This document shows positions 19,540-29,551 of a stretch of DNA of 64,000 nt, piece after piece. Each line of letters starts with the position of its first letter. Positions within the stretch are counted from its first letter, which is position 1. The DNA is from Candidatus Zixiibacteriota bacterium (GTDB taxonomy: Bacteria; Zixibacteria; MSB-5A5; UBA10806), in NCBI GenBank assembly GCA_024641335.1, contig JAHEDG010000010.1, positions 9,910 to 73,909 of the forward strand, read 5' to 3'. A model generated the notes under the pieces. It saw nothing but the letters and a program-made list of their open reading frames with translations, was not told where the DNA came from and did no database searches. The position numbers and the translations under genes were made by a program.

Positions 19540-20772
19540 TTATTTACAGCCTTTTAGATTATTAATGTTATGGGAATCTATCAGATGGCCGAGTTTGTCC
19601 CGTTTGGTTTCCAGGTAGCGGGCGTTATGCTTGTTGGGTTTTATCTGCAGCGGGACCCGATCGGTGATCTCGAGATTATATCCTTGCAGTCCTATCAATT
19701 TCTTCGGGTTATTGGTTATCAGCCTGATGGTCGTCAGGCCGAGGTCGGCGAGAATCTGTGCGCCGATACCGTAATCGCGGAGATCCGGGGGGAAACCGAG
19801 ATCAGCGTTGGCCTCGACCGTATCCCGCCCGTTATCCTGAAGTTTGTAGGCCAGCAGTTTGTTGGCCAGCCCGATACCTCTCCCCTCCTGCCGCATATAG
19901 AGCACTACTCCGAGTCCTTCTTTATCGACAAGTTCCATGGAGGCGGCCAGCTGTTCTCCGCAATCGCATCGGCAGGATCCCAGGACATCGCCGGTCAGGC
20001 AGGACGAGTGAACCCTGGTAAGAACATTTTTTTGTCCACGCACGTCCCCTTTGACAATAGCCAGGTGATGATGATCATCGATGGAGCTTTGATAAAGATG
20101 CAGTTTGAAGGCACCGTGCTTTGTGGGAAAATCGACGATGGTGATATTACGAACCAGTTTTTCCTTGGATCGGCGATATTTTATCAGGTCGGCTACGGTT
20201 ATGAGCTTAAGGCCGTGCAGCCGGGCTATTTTGAAAAGCTGAGGCAACCGGGCCATTTTACCGTCATCATCGAGTATTTCGCAAAGTACGCCGGCCGGTT
20301 TCAAGCCGGCCAGGCGGCAAAGATCGACTGTAGCTTCGGTATGACCGGCACGGGAGAGAACCCCGCCGGGCAGGGCCTGGATCGGGAAAATATGTCCGGG
20401 ACGTCCTAACTCCTCCGGCCTGGTTTTTTCATTGGCCAGTATAGCGATTGTAACGGCCCTATCGTGGGCGGAGATACCTGTGGTAGCTCCCTCGAGAGCG
20501 TCGACTGAAATGGTAAACCTGGTCCCGTGCAGGGCGGTATTGTTCCGTACCATCGGGGTCAGTTCGAGTTCCTCGATTCTCTCCGCCGGCAGAGGAACGC
20601 ATATCAGGCCGCGTCCCTGTTTGGTCAGAAAATTGACTTTTTCGGGAGTGATAAATTCGGCGGCCAGCACAAGGTCTCCTTCGTTTTCGCGGTCTTCGTC
20701 GTCGACCACGATCACCATTTCACCCTGCCTTATGGATTGAATCGCTTCGTCAATAGTTGAAAATTCAGACAT
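19540..20772 (-). CDS. ribBA: bifunctional 3,4-dihydroxy-2-butanone-4-phosphate synthase / GTP cyclohydrolase II
   Basis: 410 aa. N-terminal DHBP synthase (…VDDEDRENEGDL…) and C-terminal GCH-II with the Cys triad (CLTGD…CRCDCG). Confidence 0.9.
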   Translation of the reverse strand: MSEFSTIDEAIQSIRQGEMVIVVDDEDRENEGDLVLAAEFITPEKVNFLTKQGRGLICVPLPAERIEELELTPMVRNNTALHGTRFTISVDALEGATTGISAHDRAVTIAILANEKTRPEELGRPGHIFPIQALPGGVLSRAGHTEATVDLCRLAGLKPAGVLCEILDDDGKMARLPQLFKIARLHGLKLITVADLIKYRRSKEKLVRNITIVDFPTKHGAFKLHLYQSSIDDHHHLAIVKGDVRGQKNVLTRVHSSCLTGDVLGSCRCDCGEQLAASMELVDKEGLGVVLYMRQEGRGIGLANKLLAYKLQDNGRDTVEANADLGFPPDLRDYGIGAQILADLGLTTIRLITNNPKKLIGLQGYNLEITDRVPLQIKPNKHNARYLETKRDKLGHLIDSHNINNLKGCK

Positions 20773-20800
20773 AATTAATCATGGTTAGAGCAAAAGCCCC

Positions 20801-21436
20801 CTAAAAATAACCATGCTCCTTTAAAAAATCCGCGGTTAGTTTACTGTTTCGGGGAGATACCATTTTTTCGACATACTTGGCAATCATATCGAACTCGAGA
20901 TTGACGGTGTCTCCGGTAATTTTATATCCAAGGATAGTGTTTTTCATGGTATGGGGTATAACGGCCAGATCGAGTCGACCGCGAGAGGAGGAAGCGATAG
21001 TCAGGCTGATACCGTCGACCGCGATGGAGCCTTTTTCGACGACATATCTGTCAAAATCTCCGGGAAATTCGATGGTAAAAACATGACTGCCCTCGAGCCG
21101 CCCGATTTTCAGAATCTTCCCTTTACAGTCGACATGACCTTGTACCAGGTGACCATCGAGGAGGCTGCTCGGGGTCAGGGGAGATTCGAGATTGACAAAA
21201 GCTCCCTCACGCAATTCTCCCAGATTGGAGCGGGTCAGAGTCTCGTCTATAGCCTCCACAGTGAACAGATCATGAGCGGTTGAAATTACCGTCTGGCATA
21301 CGCCGTTTACCGAAACGGATGATCCTAACAGCAGACGAGGAGCTGTTTTTTCGGCGGAGATAGTCAGATGAAGATTGCCGCCCGACCTAACGACTGATTT
21401 CACCTTGGCGATTTCCTGAATTATCCCCGTGAACAT
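20801..21436 (-). CDS. ribE: riboflavin synthase alpha chain
   Basis: 211 aa, MFTGII…, with two lumazine-binding repeats. Confidence 0.85.
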   Translation of the reverse strand: MFTGIIQEIAKVKSVVRSGGNLHLTISAEKTAPRLLLGSSVSVNGVCQTVISTAHDLFTVEAIDETLTRSNLGELREGAFVNLESPLTPSSLLDGHLVQGHVDCKGKILKIGRLEGSHVFTIEFPGDFDRYVVEKGSIAVDGISLTIASSSRGRLDLAVIPHTMKNTILGYKITGDTVNLEFDMIAKYVEKMVSPRNSKLTADFLKEHGYF

Positions 21437-21437
21437 T

Positions 21438-22490
21438 TTATCTCCAGACAGGATTGCCGGACATGATCATATCCGGGCCTGATTTTTGCCATCGGATATG
21501 GTCAATTCCTATGGATTTACCGATAGTTTTGATTCCAAGTTCCCGGATCGCCGGGATGCCGTCCCCAATTATGATCGGAGCGACGCAGACGATTATTTTA
21601 TCGACCAGTTTCTGAGTCAGAAAAGAGGTCAGTGTCAATGATCCGCCTTCCACCATGAGAGTCATAATTCCCATTTTCCCCAGCCTGGACAATAGATCGC
21701 GAAGGTCGAGAACGCCCCGTTTCGTTTTTACGGGAATAATATCAAAACCAGTTCCTGGAACCGTTTTTGTATTTTCCGGCAGGGCTACAAATGAGCGGGC
21801 CAGGCCGTCTTTGAACATGATTCTATCGCGGCCGATTTGGCCGGAGTTCGAAAGGACAATTCTAATCGGGTTTGAGCCTTTGACCAGACGGGTGGTCAGT
21901 TGAGGGTTATCATTGCGTAATGTCTCCGCCCCAACAAGTATAGCGTCATGGGACGCTCGCAGCTTATGGGAGCGCTTGAGCGATTCAGCGGATGATATCC
22001 ATCTCGAATGGCCTGTGGAGGACGCTATCCGGCCGTCGAGGCTCTGTGCGAATTTGAGGGTTACGAACGGCAAACCCTCAGTAACGAATTTAAAATAAGG
22101 GCGATAAAACGTCTCCGCGTAATTTTCACCGATATTTTGTATGACCTCGACTCCCGCCTGGTGTAATTTTCGGAATCCCCTGCCGGATACTATGGGATTT
22201 TTATCTATAACAGGGCAAACTACTTTTGAGATACCGGCGGCAATGATAGCGTCGGAACAAGGAGGGGTTTTACCGTGATGGGAACATGGTTCGAGAGTAA
22301 CTACCAGTGAAGCTCCACGAGCGTCATCTCCGGCTTTGCGGATGGCTTCTATCTCGGCATGAAGACCGCCGGCCCGGCGATGAAACCCCCGGGCGATAAT
22401 CCGGCCATCCTTAACCAGCAACGCGCCTACGGGTGGATTGGGACTCGTATAGCCGAGTCCTTTTTCGGCCAGTTTGAAAGCCGACATCAT
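21438..22490 (-). CDS. ribD: bifunctional diaminohydroxyphosphoribosylaminopyrimidine deaminase / 5-amino-6-(5-phosphoribosylamino)uracil reductase
   Basis: CMP/dCMP-type deaminase motifs (HAEIEA…, PCSHHGKTPPC) plus the RibD C-terminal reductase domain. The start is placed at MMSAFKLAEKG (22490) because the track start at 22526 lies inside the riboswitch terminator hairpin. Confidence 0.85.
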   Translation of the reverse strand: MMSAFKLAEKGLGYTSPNPPVGALLVKDGRIIARGFHRRAGGLHAEIEAIRKAGDDARGASLVVTLEPCSHHGKTPPCSDAIIAAGISKVVCPVIDKNPIVSGRGFRKLHQAGVEVIQNIGENYAETFYRPYFKFVTEGLPFVTLKFAQSLDGRIASSTGHSRWISSAESLKRSHKLRASHDAILVGAETLRNDNPQLTTRLVKGSNPIRIVLSNSGQIGRDRIMFKDGLARSFVALPENTKTVPGTGFDIIPVKTKRGVLDLRDLLSRLGKMGIMTLMVEGGSLTLTSFLTQKLVDKIIVCVAPIIIGDGIPAIRELGIKTIGKSIGIDHIRWQKSGPDMIMSGNPVWR

Positions 22491-22509
22491 TAATTTTTCA
22501 AAGTTATCC

Positions 22510-22537
22510 AATAAAAAACCCCGCACTTCGGGGGATA
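22510..22537 (-). terminator. intrinsic terminator forming the expression platform of the FMN riboswitch
   Basis: Minus-sense CCCCG-AAGUG-CGGGG followed by UUUUUUAUU, located between the FMN aptamer and the ribD start. Confidence 0.7.
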
Positions 22538-22557
22538 TGATCGCGCCAAAGACGCAA

Positions 22558-22692
22558 CCGGTCTTCTCTCATCCGGACTGTAACCGTCGGCGCCTGGATT
22601 TCACAGGCTCAGGCCGTCCTGATCATTCTGATCCGAAGGCCTCGCGGGCTTTAACCGCCGGTCGAGGATTTCCGCCTCGCCCCGAAGACAGA
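22558..22692 (-). ncRNA. FMN riboswitch (RFN element) aptamer upstream of ribD
   Basis: Reverse-strand read: …CUUCGGGGCGAGGCGGAAAUCCUCGACCGGCGGUUAAAGCCCGCGAGGCCUUCGGAUCAGAAUGAUCAGGACGGCCUGAGCCUGUGAAAUCCAGGCGCCGACGGUUACAGUCCGGAUGAGAGAAGACCGG. It contains the conserved RFN blocks (GGGGC.AGG…GAAAUUCC-like, GACCGGCGGU, AAGCCCGCGAGC, GCCGACGGU, ACAGUCCGGAUGAGAGAAG). Confidence 0.8.
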
Positions 22693-22696
22693 AGGA

Positions 22697-22724
22697 AATA
22701 TAGAAACTTATGAATATATGTCAA
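22697..22724 (-). promoter_or_regulatory. sigma70-type promoter for the riboswitch-rib operon
   Basis: Minus-sense TTGACA (22719-22724), a 16-nt spacer, then TATATT (22697-22702). The predicted TSS sits a few nt upstream of the aptamer. Confidence 0.5.
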
Positions 22725-22811
22725 GCGGTTTCGCTAAACTCGTTTAGCTTGTCAGTAACTCTGTTTCCGGAGTCTTTGATTTAGAAATCACGACTGATTT
22801 GAATTTCAGTT

Positions 22812-23216
22812 TTAGCCGGATGATATTTTAAGAATCAATTTTCTGTTTCTTGGGCCGTCGAATTCGCAGAAGTATATCCCCTGCCATTGGCCGAGAAGAA
22901 GTTTGCCGTTTGATATGAGGATGGTTTGGCTGAAACCGGTTAAGCCGGCCTTGATGTGAGCGTCGGAATTCCCCTCGGCATGGGCGAATCCAGAGTTTTG
23001 AGGAATCAATTTCTCCAGATATCCGAGAATATCCGATTTCACCGACGGGTCGGCGTTTTCATTGATGGTAACCGCGGCGGTTGTGTGGGGAACGAATATC
23101 AGGACGAAACCGTCCTTAACCCCCGATTGACCAACCGCCTTTTCTAATCTGGAGGTGATATCGATAAATTGATCGCGGCGATCTGTTTTGATTTCGAGAT
23201 TAATGAGTTTATTCAT
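22812..23216 (-). CDS. yjbQ: YjbQ/UPF0047 family protein (secondary thiamine-phosphate synthase-like)
   Basis: 134 aa with …FVLIFVPHTTAAVTINENADPSV…AHIKAGLTG… typical of the YjbQ family. Confidence 0.75.
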   Translation of the reverse strand: MNKLINLEIKTDRRDQFIDITSRLEKAVGQSGVKDGFVLIFVPHTTAAVTINENADPSVKSDILGYLEKLIPQNSGFAHAEGNSDAHIKAGLTGFSQTILISNGKLLLGQWQGIYFCEFDGPRNRKLILKISSG

Positions 23217-24114
23217 CGATACCCACTAAGGCTCTGGAGAAAGCGGCCGGATCGAAATCGACGAGATCTTCCGCTTTTTCACCCAGCCCGACATATTTGA
23301 TCGGGATCGAAAATTTTTCGGCCGCGGCGACAAGAACTCCGCCTTTGGCGGATCCATCGAGCTTGGTAACGACTATCCCGGTAAGACCGACGGCCTGGTG
23401 GAAAAGATCTATCTGGGATAGACCGTTTTGTCCGGTGGTGGCATCCATAACCATCAGAATTTCGTGAGGGGCGCCGGGCAAAGCCTTATCGACGACTCTT
23501 TTTATTTTTTTCAGTTCTTCCATAAGATTCGTTTTAGTCTGCAGCCGTCCGGCGGTATCGATCAATACCAGATCGGCCGATCTGGAAATTCCGGCTTTAA
23601 CGGCATCAAAAGCCACCGCCGCGGGATCAGATCCGCTGGATTGCCTGATGATATCAGCTCCGACTTTATCAGCCCAGTGTTCGAGCTGCTCCCCGGCGGC
23701 CGCCCGAAAAGTATCAGCCGCGGCCAGCAGGACCTTGTGGCCCATGCCTATCTCCCGACCCGCTATCTTGGCGATTGTGGTGGTTTTCCCGGAACCGTTA
23801 ACACCGACAATAAGAATGACATACGGTCCGGCTATCGGGGCAATTGCTTTCCCCTTATTTGAACCAAACCGATTCTTGATAATATCTGCCAGCGCCTTTT
23901 GAGGGTCGTCGATATCAGTTATTTTCTTGATGGCGGCCACTATATCGGCCGCCGAGGCAGCGCCGATATCGGCGAGTATCAGGGCCTCCTCTAATTCGTC
24001 GAGAGCGGCCTGATCCAATTGATTTCCCTTACCCAGCAAGGCTGAGAAATCAGAAAGAGTATTAGAGATAGCCTGGCGGGTTTTCCGCAGGCCTGAGGCG
24101 AATCTGTTGAACAT
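23209..24114 (-). CDS. ftsY: signal recognition particle receptor FtsY (short form: N and G domains)
   Basis: 301 aa with GVNGSGKTTT P-loop, DTAGR and TKLDG motifs of SRP GTPases. It lacks the M domain, so it is FtsY rather than Ffh. Confidence 0.9.
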   Translation of the reverse strand: MFNRFASGLRKTRQAISNTLSDFSALLGKGNQLDQAALDELEEALILADIGAASAADIVAAIKKITDIDDPQKALADIIKNRFGSNKGKAIAPIAGPYVILIVGVNGSGKTTTIAKIAGREIGMGHKVLLAAADTFRAAAGEQLEHWADKVGADIIRQSSGSDPAAVAFDAVKAGISRSADLVLIDTAGRLQTKTNLMEELKKIKRVVDKALPGAPHEILMVMDATTGQNGLSQIDLFHQAVGLTGIVVTKLDGSAKGGVLVAAAEKFSIPIKYVGLGEKAEDLVDFDPAAFSRALVGIDE

Positions 24115-24119
24115 ATTGG

Positions 24120-27100
24120 TTATTCCCGGTCCCGGCCACCGTTGCCATTTCCGGCGAATTTTACCGATACTACTTTGGAGACCCCGGGGTTTTCCATGGT
24201 TACGCCGTAGAGAATATCGGAGGCTTCCATGGTCAGCTTGTTGTGGGTGATAATAATAAACTGCGTATTTTCCGAAAAGTTTTTGATTAGCTTGAGAAAC
24301 CGAAGAAGGTTGGCATCGTCGAGAGGAGCGTCAACCTCGTCGAGGATACAGAAAGGGCTGGGTTTGACCAGATAGATAGAGAATAGAAGCGATATGGCTG
24401 TCAGGGCTCTTTCTCCGCCTGAAAGCTGAGTAACCGCCAACATCTTCTTGCCGCCGGGCCTGGCGGAGATTTTAATAGGACTTTCAAGAGGATTGGAGGG
24501 GTCCTCGAGTTCTACCCTGGCCTCGCCGCTTTCAAACAGGGTCATGAAGACTTTCTGGAAATTTTCCTCGATTTTAACAAAAGTATCGTTGAACCGTTCG
24601 ACGGCCGTAGTGTTGATTCTGGTGATAGCTTCTTTAAGCGACGATTTCGCTTCCAGCAGATCCTCTCTCTGGCGGGTCAGGAAATTAAGTCTGTCGTTTT
24701 CCCTCTCGTAATCTTCGGCGGCCATCAGGTTAACCGGCTCCATCCTTCGCAGCTCTTCCCTGATCAGTTCGGCCTCCTCTCTCATGGAATCCAAAGTCCG
24801 GCCTTCCTCGAACGGTTTCGGCTCGACCGATGAAATATGGAATTCCATTCTGAGGCGTTCACCAATGGACTTCCTGGACGATTCCAGTTCGACCAGTTCC
24901 ATATCGAGATTATGGAGATTGGCCATTTGAAGCTCTTTTAGTTTTCTTCCTTTGGACAACTCGTTTTCGATCCGTTTGGTCTCTGACATGATCTCGTTAA
25001 TGGAGCCTTCAATTTTCAGTAGTTGTTCTTTGACCTCTTTTCTCCGGCCGAAGCAGTCTTCGAGTTCCTTTTTGGCTTCCTCGTTTTGAGCCAAAGCGCG
25101 ATCGATCAATCCGCGAGCCGAGGCGATAGCGTCCTTTTTAGCGACAATCATCTTTTCGGCTTCTTCGCAAAGCTGCCGGGCATGCTCGATTTCGGAATTG
25201 AATCTGGCCGTTAAACCGTCAAGCTCGACGTTTCTAATTCTGGCTTTGGTTAGACCGGATTCTATATCCCTGGCTGATTTTCTCAACTGGTCAACGGCGG
25301 CTGAAGCCTGATCGAGATCGTCGGAACCGTTTTTCAATTCATTTTCGAGACTGGCCAGATTCAGGCTCAATCCGGAAAGTTTTTGATCATATGACTCGAT
25401 TTCGGCGATCAGCTTATCAGCTTCGCCCAGGGCGGAGGAATACCTGTTTTCTTTTTCCCTGAAATCGAATTTCTGCTGGCTTAAATCGGAATCGATCCGG
25501 TTTTTCTCATCATCGAGATTCTTGAGAGTTTTCTCAATTTCCCCGGATTCATTTTTTAAACGAGCAAAATTATCGAGATCGGCGGATAACTCCTTTTCAA
25601 AACCGTCCACCCGGGAGGAAATTTCGGTGATTCTATTTTCGACGGCTCCGAGATCCTGTCTTCTTCCCAATAATCCGGCGGCTGTTTTGCCTCCGGCGAT
25701 CATCCCTGAAGGCAAAAGCACGAGGCCGTCAGGAGTTACCCTGGTATGATATTCGAATCCTTCCGAGGAGTTGAGGGCGGATTCTTTCGAATCGAACATG
25801 GCCACCCGGCTCAATAGCAGATCGACAATGTCTCTGTATTCGTCGGGGCAGGAAACGATATCGTTTAGATATCCGAGCAGCCCGGAAACGCCTTGAGGCC
25901 GCGAGGATTCCGGCTTGATGTTTTTCAGTTTTTCCAGGACTATAAAACTGGCTCGTCCACCGCTGGCGGACTTCAGATACTCTATGGCCGTTTCAGCGTC
26001 AGAATATTGCCTGACCGGGATTATCTCACCCATTTCTCCCAAGGCGGCGTTGACTGCTATACGATATTTTTCGGGGACCTCGAGGACTTCGGCTACCGGC
26101 ATGAGCATACCGGGAGGCTTTTCCGGCCACGACATCAGCGCTCTGGCTCCGCTGGAATACCCTTCGCCGGATTCAATCAACTGATCGAGGAGTTCCTGCC
26201 GGGCTTTAAGACCGGAGAGCTCTTCCTTATCCATAGCCAGCCTGTCTTTCAGCTCGGAAACCGCCTGGCTTAATTTTGAGATTTCTGTTTCCTTACCGGA
26301 AAGGGAATTTCGGAGTTCTTCATTTCTGGATATCAAGGCGGCCCGGGAGTTTTCGAGATTTCTAATATCGTCGCCGCTTTCGTTTTTGAATTTATCGAAG
26401 CCAGCCGTATTCTGCCTGATATCATTCAGCTTTCGCTGGAGATCATCTCGCATGCGGTTAAGCGATAATGACTCGGCCTTCAATCCAGATATGTTTTCCG
26501 AAACTTTGGAGCGAGCGCGGCGTTTCTCCTCCAACTCGGTTTCGGCTTCGGTCAGTTTGCCGGAGATATCGGCCAGGCTGTTTTCGATCGCCTGGCATTC
26601 GGAGAGAGACGATGATTTTTCCCCATCTATTTCAATCAGTCGATTCCGTTTTTCCTCGATGTTTTGTTTGAGAGTCAGTATTCTGTTTTCCAGTGCCTCG
26701 ATTTCCTCGCGATTATTAGCGATCTCTCTTTCGGCCGATTCGCTTTTCTGTTTATTTAGTTTTATATCGCTTTCGATCTCGGCGGCTTTTACCGTCAGAG
26801 AGGATTCGGCCTGTCTGACCCGTGAAGCATCGGAATCGAGCTCAGAGAGCCTTAGTTTCATTTCCTGCAGGTTGGCTTCTGATTTATCCAGCTCAATTAT
26901 CGAGGAATCGACTTCGAGCTTGAGATTTTTCTTGTTCAGAAGAAGTGTTTCGAACTGCCGTTCGGATTGATGCAGCTGTCCTGCGGCTGCGGCGATCTCG
27001 ACGGTCTTCAAATCGTCCTTACGCGATGAATATCTTAAGGCTCTCTTGGCCTGACGGCGAAGCGAGACGACCTGTTTTTCGATCTCGGAGATGACATCAC

Positions 27101-27674
27101 CGAGTCTAAGAAGATCGGCCTCGGCGGCTTCCAGCTTGTTTTCAGCGTCTTTTTTACGGTGCTTGTATTTGGTGACGCCGGCTGCTTCCTCGAACAAGGA
27201 TCTGCGATCTTCGGTTTTATCCGAGAGAATCGAATCGACCATCCCCTGCTGTATGACACTGTAGGCGTGCGGACCCATGCCGGTATCATAGAACAGCTCC
27301 ATGATATCCTTGAGACGGCAGCGGTTTTTATTAAGGAAATATTCGGATTCTCCGGAGCGGAACAGCCTTCTGGTAATGACAATATCGTTGTATTCGATAG
27401 GCAGGATGCCGCGGTTGTTTTTGATAGTCAGATTGACCTCGGCCATGCCCGTAGGTTTGAGCTGCGAGGTACCGTTGAAGATGATCTCCTCCATGCGTGA
27501 GCTTCGCAGCATGCTGGTTCGCTGCTCTCCGAGAACCCATCTGATGGAATCGAGAATATTGGACTTGCCGCAACCATTGGGGCCGACGACACCGGTTATG
27601 CCACCATTGAAATCGAGAGTGGTTTTTTCGGGAAACGATTTGAATCCTGATATTTCAAGACGAGAAAGTAACAT
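24120..27674 (-). CDS. smc: chromosome segregation protein SMC
   Basis: 1184 aa with N-terminal Walker A (GPNGCGKSNI), long coiled coils, a hinge and a C-terminal LSGGERALTAISLLF…ILDEVDAPLD signature/Walker B. Confidence 0.9.
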   Translation of the reverse strand: MLLSRLEISGFKSFPEKTTLDFNGGITGVVGPNGCGKSNILDSIRWVLGEQRTSMLRSSRMEEIIFNGTSQLKPTGMAEVNLTIKNNRGILPIEYNDIVITRRLFRSGESEYFLNKNRCRLKDIMELFYDTGMGPHAYSVIQQGMVDSILSDKTEDRRSLFEEAAGVTKYKHRKKDAENKLEAAEADLLRLGDVISEIEKQVVSLRRQAKRALRYSSRKDDLKTVEIAAAAGQLHQSERQFETLLLNKKNLKLEVDSSIIELDKSEANLQEMKLRLSELDSDASRVRQAESSLTVKAAEIESDIKLNKQKSESAEREIANNREEIEALENRILTLKQNIEEKRNRLIEIDGEKSSSLSECQAIENSLADISGKLTEAETELEEKRRARSKVSENISGLKAESLSLNRMRDDLQRKLNDIRQNTAGFDKFKNESGDDIRNLENSRAALISRNEELRNSLSGKETEISKLSQAVSELKDRLAMDKEELSGLKARQELLDQLIESGEGYSSGARALMSWPEKPPGMLMPVAEVLEVPEKYRIAVNAALGEMGEIIPVRQYSDAETAIEYLKSASGGRASFIVLEKLKNIKPESSRPQGVSGLLGYLNDIVSCPDEYRDIVDLLLSRVAMFDSKESALNSSEGFEYHTRVTPDGLVLLPSGMIAGGKTAAGLLGRRQDLGAVENRITEISSRVDGFEKELSADLDNFARLKNESGEIEKTLKNLDDEKNRIDSDLSQQKFDFREKENRYSSALGEADKLIAEIESYDQKLSGLSLNLASLENELKNGSDDLDQASAAVDQLRKSARDIESGLTKARIRNVELDGLTARFNSEIEHARQLCEEAEKMIVAKKDAIASARGLIDRALAQNEEAKKELEDCFGRRKEVKEQLLKIEGSINEIMSETKRIENELSKGRKLKELQMANLHNLDMELVELESSRKSIGERLRMEFHISSVEPKPFEEGRTLDSMREEAELIREELRRMEPVNLMAAEDYERENDRLNFLTRQREDLLEAKSSLKEAITRINTTAVERFNDTFVKIEENFQKVFMTLFESGEARVELEDPSNPLESPIKISARPGGKKMLAVTQLSGGERALTAISLLFSIYLVKPSPFCILDEVDAPLDDANLLRFLKLIKNFSENTQFIIITHNKLTMEASDILYGVTMENPGVSKVVSVKFAGNGNGGRDRE

Positions 27675-27685
27675 TCAACTCTCCT

Positions 27686-28237
27686 TTATAGCCTGAAATT
27701 GCCGAGTATATCGGCCATAGCGCGATAAGAAACTCTGGGCGCGGCTTCGGCGGAAGGAACTCCCAATATGAAATTATAATAAGGCAGTCCTACTCCCTTA
27801 TCAAAGGCTGTTCTGATCGCGGCGCCGGACCGCAAAGCGACCACGGCGTTGAAAAAATTGGGAGTGGTATCCATATCAATAGCTACCGCCAAACCGCCGG
27901 CGGCGACACGTTCGATGAAGGTTTTTTTAGGGAGCGAAAAGGAATCCAGGTCGTACGATAACGGTTTGATAACCACGAATTTTTTAATGATCTCGTGAGA
28001 CTGCGGATCGACGTTTGATGTCAGCAGGATCCTGATGGTTCTGTTGGGGAAAGTATCGGCAATGGCCGGAAGAATCTCGGCGGCCGGTTTGATCAGATTG
28101 AGCTTGGAAGGCATACAAATCAGACAGCATTTATGGTCACTGGCCAGTTCGCTGAAACGAACAGGATCGGCTTTGATCGAATGTTTATACCTGAAAGAGA
28201 GGAAACGTTCGGCCATAGGACTTATTTTGATACTCAC
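27686..28237 (-). CDS. hypothetical protein (183 aa), possibly a degenerate glycosyltransferase-9-like fragment
   Basis: Coding potential is clear and it sits between smc and the rodZ-like gene, but no confident family. Faint GT9-like segments (…AAGGLAVAIDMDTTPNFFNAVVAL…) only. Confidence 0.35.
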   Translation of the reverse strand: MSIKISPMAERFLSFRYKHSIKADPVRFSELASDHKCCLICMPSKLNLIKPAAEILPAIADTFPNRTIRILLTSNVDPQSHEIIKKFVVIKPLSYDLDSFSLPKKTFIERVAAGGLAVAIDMDTTPNFFNAVVALRSGAAIRTAFDKGVGLPYYNFILGVPSAEAAPRVSYRAMADILGNFRL

Positions 28238-28244
28238 GTCTCTC

Positions 28245-28973
28245 TCATTCCTTTCCGACGACCACCTGGAAGCCGATCAATCCTTTGTTGCCGGCGCCAA
28301 TTTGATCGATCTTACGACCGTTATAAAATGCCTGAATACAATCGTTTTTGTCAAGGGTCAACAAAAAACTATCGGCTGCCCTGAACTTCTTTATCTCACC
28401 GGCGGCCATATATGAATTAAAAACAGTATCGCCGTCGGCCAGGATACAGGCATTGACCATATCGGAAACGACTAAAAGGAGATTTCCGGAATATCGGGTC
28501 ATTTCGATTGCCGAAGGACGCTCCCATGGTCTTTGCCGTTTTTTCAGGAGATTGACACTCTTGTTTTCGGCCGGTACGATGATTGAGATTTCGCTGTCGG
28601 GACGGCGATTTTCCTGAGAGGATACAGTAAGATAGATAATCCCGATGATAATCAGGGCGGTAACCACAACCGCGATAATTCGGTAATCTATTTTGGCTTT
28701 CCCCGAAGGAGCTTTTGCCTGACCGTCATCGACCTGAGCATCTGTTTGTCCGTCTATTAATCTATATAACTCTTTAACGTCAAGCTCCAGAGCCTCGGCG
28801 CAAGCCTTGGTGAATGGCTTAAGGTAAACCTCGCCAGGCAGCTGATCGCGCCGTCCTGCTTCAAGGGCTTTGATAAAAGCGCCGTTAATCCTGGTGGCGG
28901 CGGCCAGTTGTTCGATTGTCAACCCTTTGGCCTCCCTGGCTTGACGAAGCATATCGCCTAACGATTGAGACAA
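28245..28973 (-). CDS. RodZ-like cytoskeleton protein (HTH_XRE, TM, C-terminal DUF4115-like domain)
   Basis: N-terminal Cro/XRE helix-turn-helix (LRQAREAKGLTIEQLAAATRI), one TM (IIAVVVTALIIIGIIYL) and a C-terminal beta-rich domain: the RodZ architecture. Confidence 0.6.
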   Translation of the reverse strand: MSQSLGDMLRQAREAKGLTIEQLAAATRINGAFIKALEAGRRDQLPGEVYLKPFTKACAEALELDVKELYRLIDGQTDAQVDDGQAKAPSGKAKIDYRIIAVVVTALIIIGIIYLTVSSQENRRPDSEISIIVPAENKSVNLLKKRQRPWERPSAIEMTRYSGNLLLVVSDMVNACILADGDTVFNSYMAAGEIKKFRAADSFLLTLDKNDCIQAFYNGRKIDQIGAGNKGLIGFQVVVGKE

Positions 28974-29551
28974 GAAACAACCTCCGTGTAGATTCTTCGG
29001 AAAAGCTCCGAAGGAAAGCCGATGACAGTATCGAGTTGTCCAATGTATTCTTTCACCAAAAACGAGCCCATACCCTGGATTCCGTAAGCTCCGGCCTTAT
29101 CAAGCGGTTCGCCGGAATCGACATATTCTCCAATACTGTTCTCATCAAGCCTGTTGAATGTCACCGAAGTCGAGTCAAACTCAGTCCTGGTAATATTCTG
29201 ACTTAGCAATACGAGAGCCAGGCCGGTATAGACGGTATGTGTCCTTGAGGATAGCCTGCGCAGCATCTCGACAGCTTCCTCCGGGGATGGTGGTTTCCCC
29301 AGGATCGCGTCATCGAGGACAACGACAGTATCCGCTCCTATAACCAGGTCGTCCTTGTTTTGCCTTGCTATCGTCATGGCTTTCATCAAGGCGAGTCTCC
29401 TGACATGATCTTCAGGCGATTCACCGGGAATATTCTCTTCCGGCAGATCCGGAGGGATAACCCGGAACTCGTAACCCATATCTGCCAGCAATTTGCTGCG
29501 ACGAGGCGACCCGGAGGCTAAAATTATTTTCATAACCGCTAAATCTATCAT
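28958..29551 (-). CDS. maf: Maf-like nucleoside triphosphate pyrophosphatase
   Basis: 197 aa, …ILASGSPRRSKLL…, Maf/Ham1 signature. Confidence 0.85.
   Translation of the reverse strand: MIDLAVMKIILASGSPRRSKLLADMGYEFRVIPPDLPEENIPGESPEDHVRRLALMKAMTIARQNKDDLVIGADTVVVLDDAILGKPPSPEEAVEMLRRLSSRTHTVYTGLALVLLSQNITRTEFDSTSVTFNRLDENSIGEYVDSGEPLDKAGAYGIQGMGSFLVKEYIGQLDTVIGFPSELFRRIYTEVVSCLNR

Noticed and set aside
26386-26970. 194-aa serine-rich plus-strand ORF, along with many other 60-280-aa plus-strand ORFs inside 930-59833 (e.g. 14106-14669, 19570-20409, 52716-53531, 55228-55857, 32810-33592)
   Set aside because: All lie antisense within strongly supported minus-strand genes (smc, flippase-like, ribBA, ACAD, lipoprotein, dnaK). 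They have low-complexity or atypical composition and no family signatures, so they are treated as non-coding shadows.
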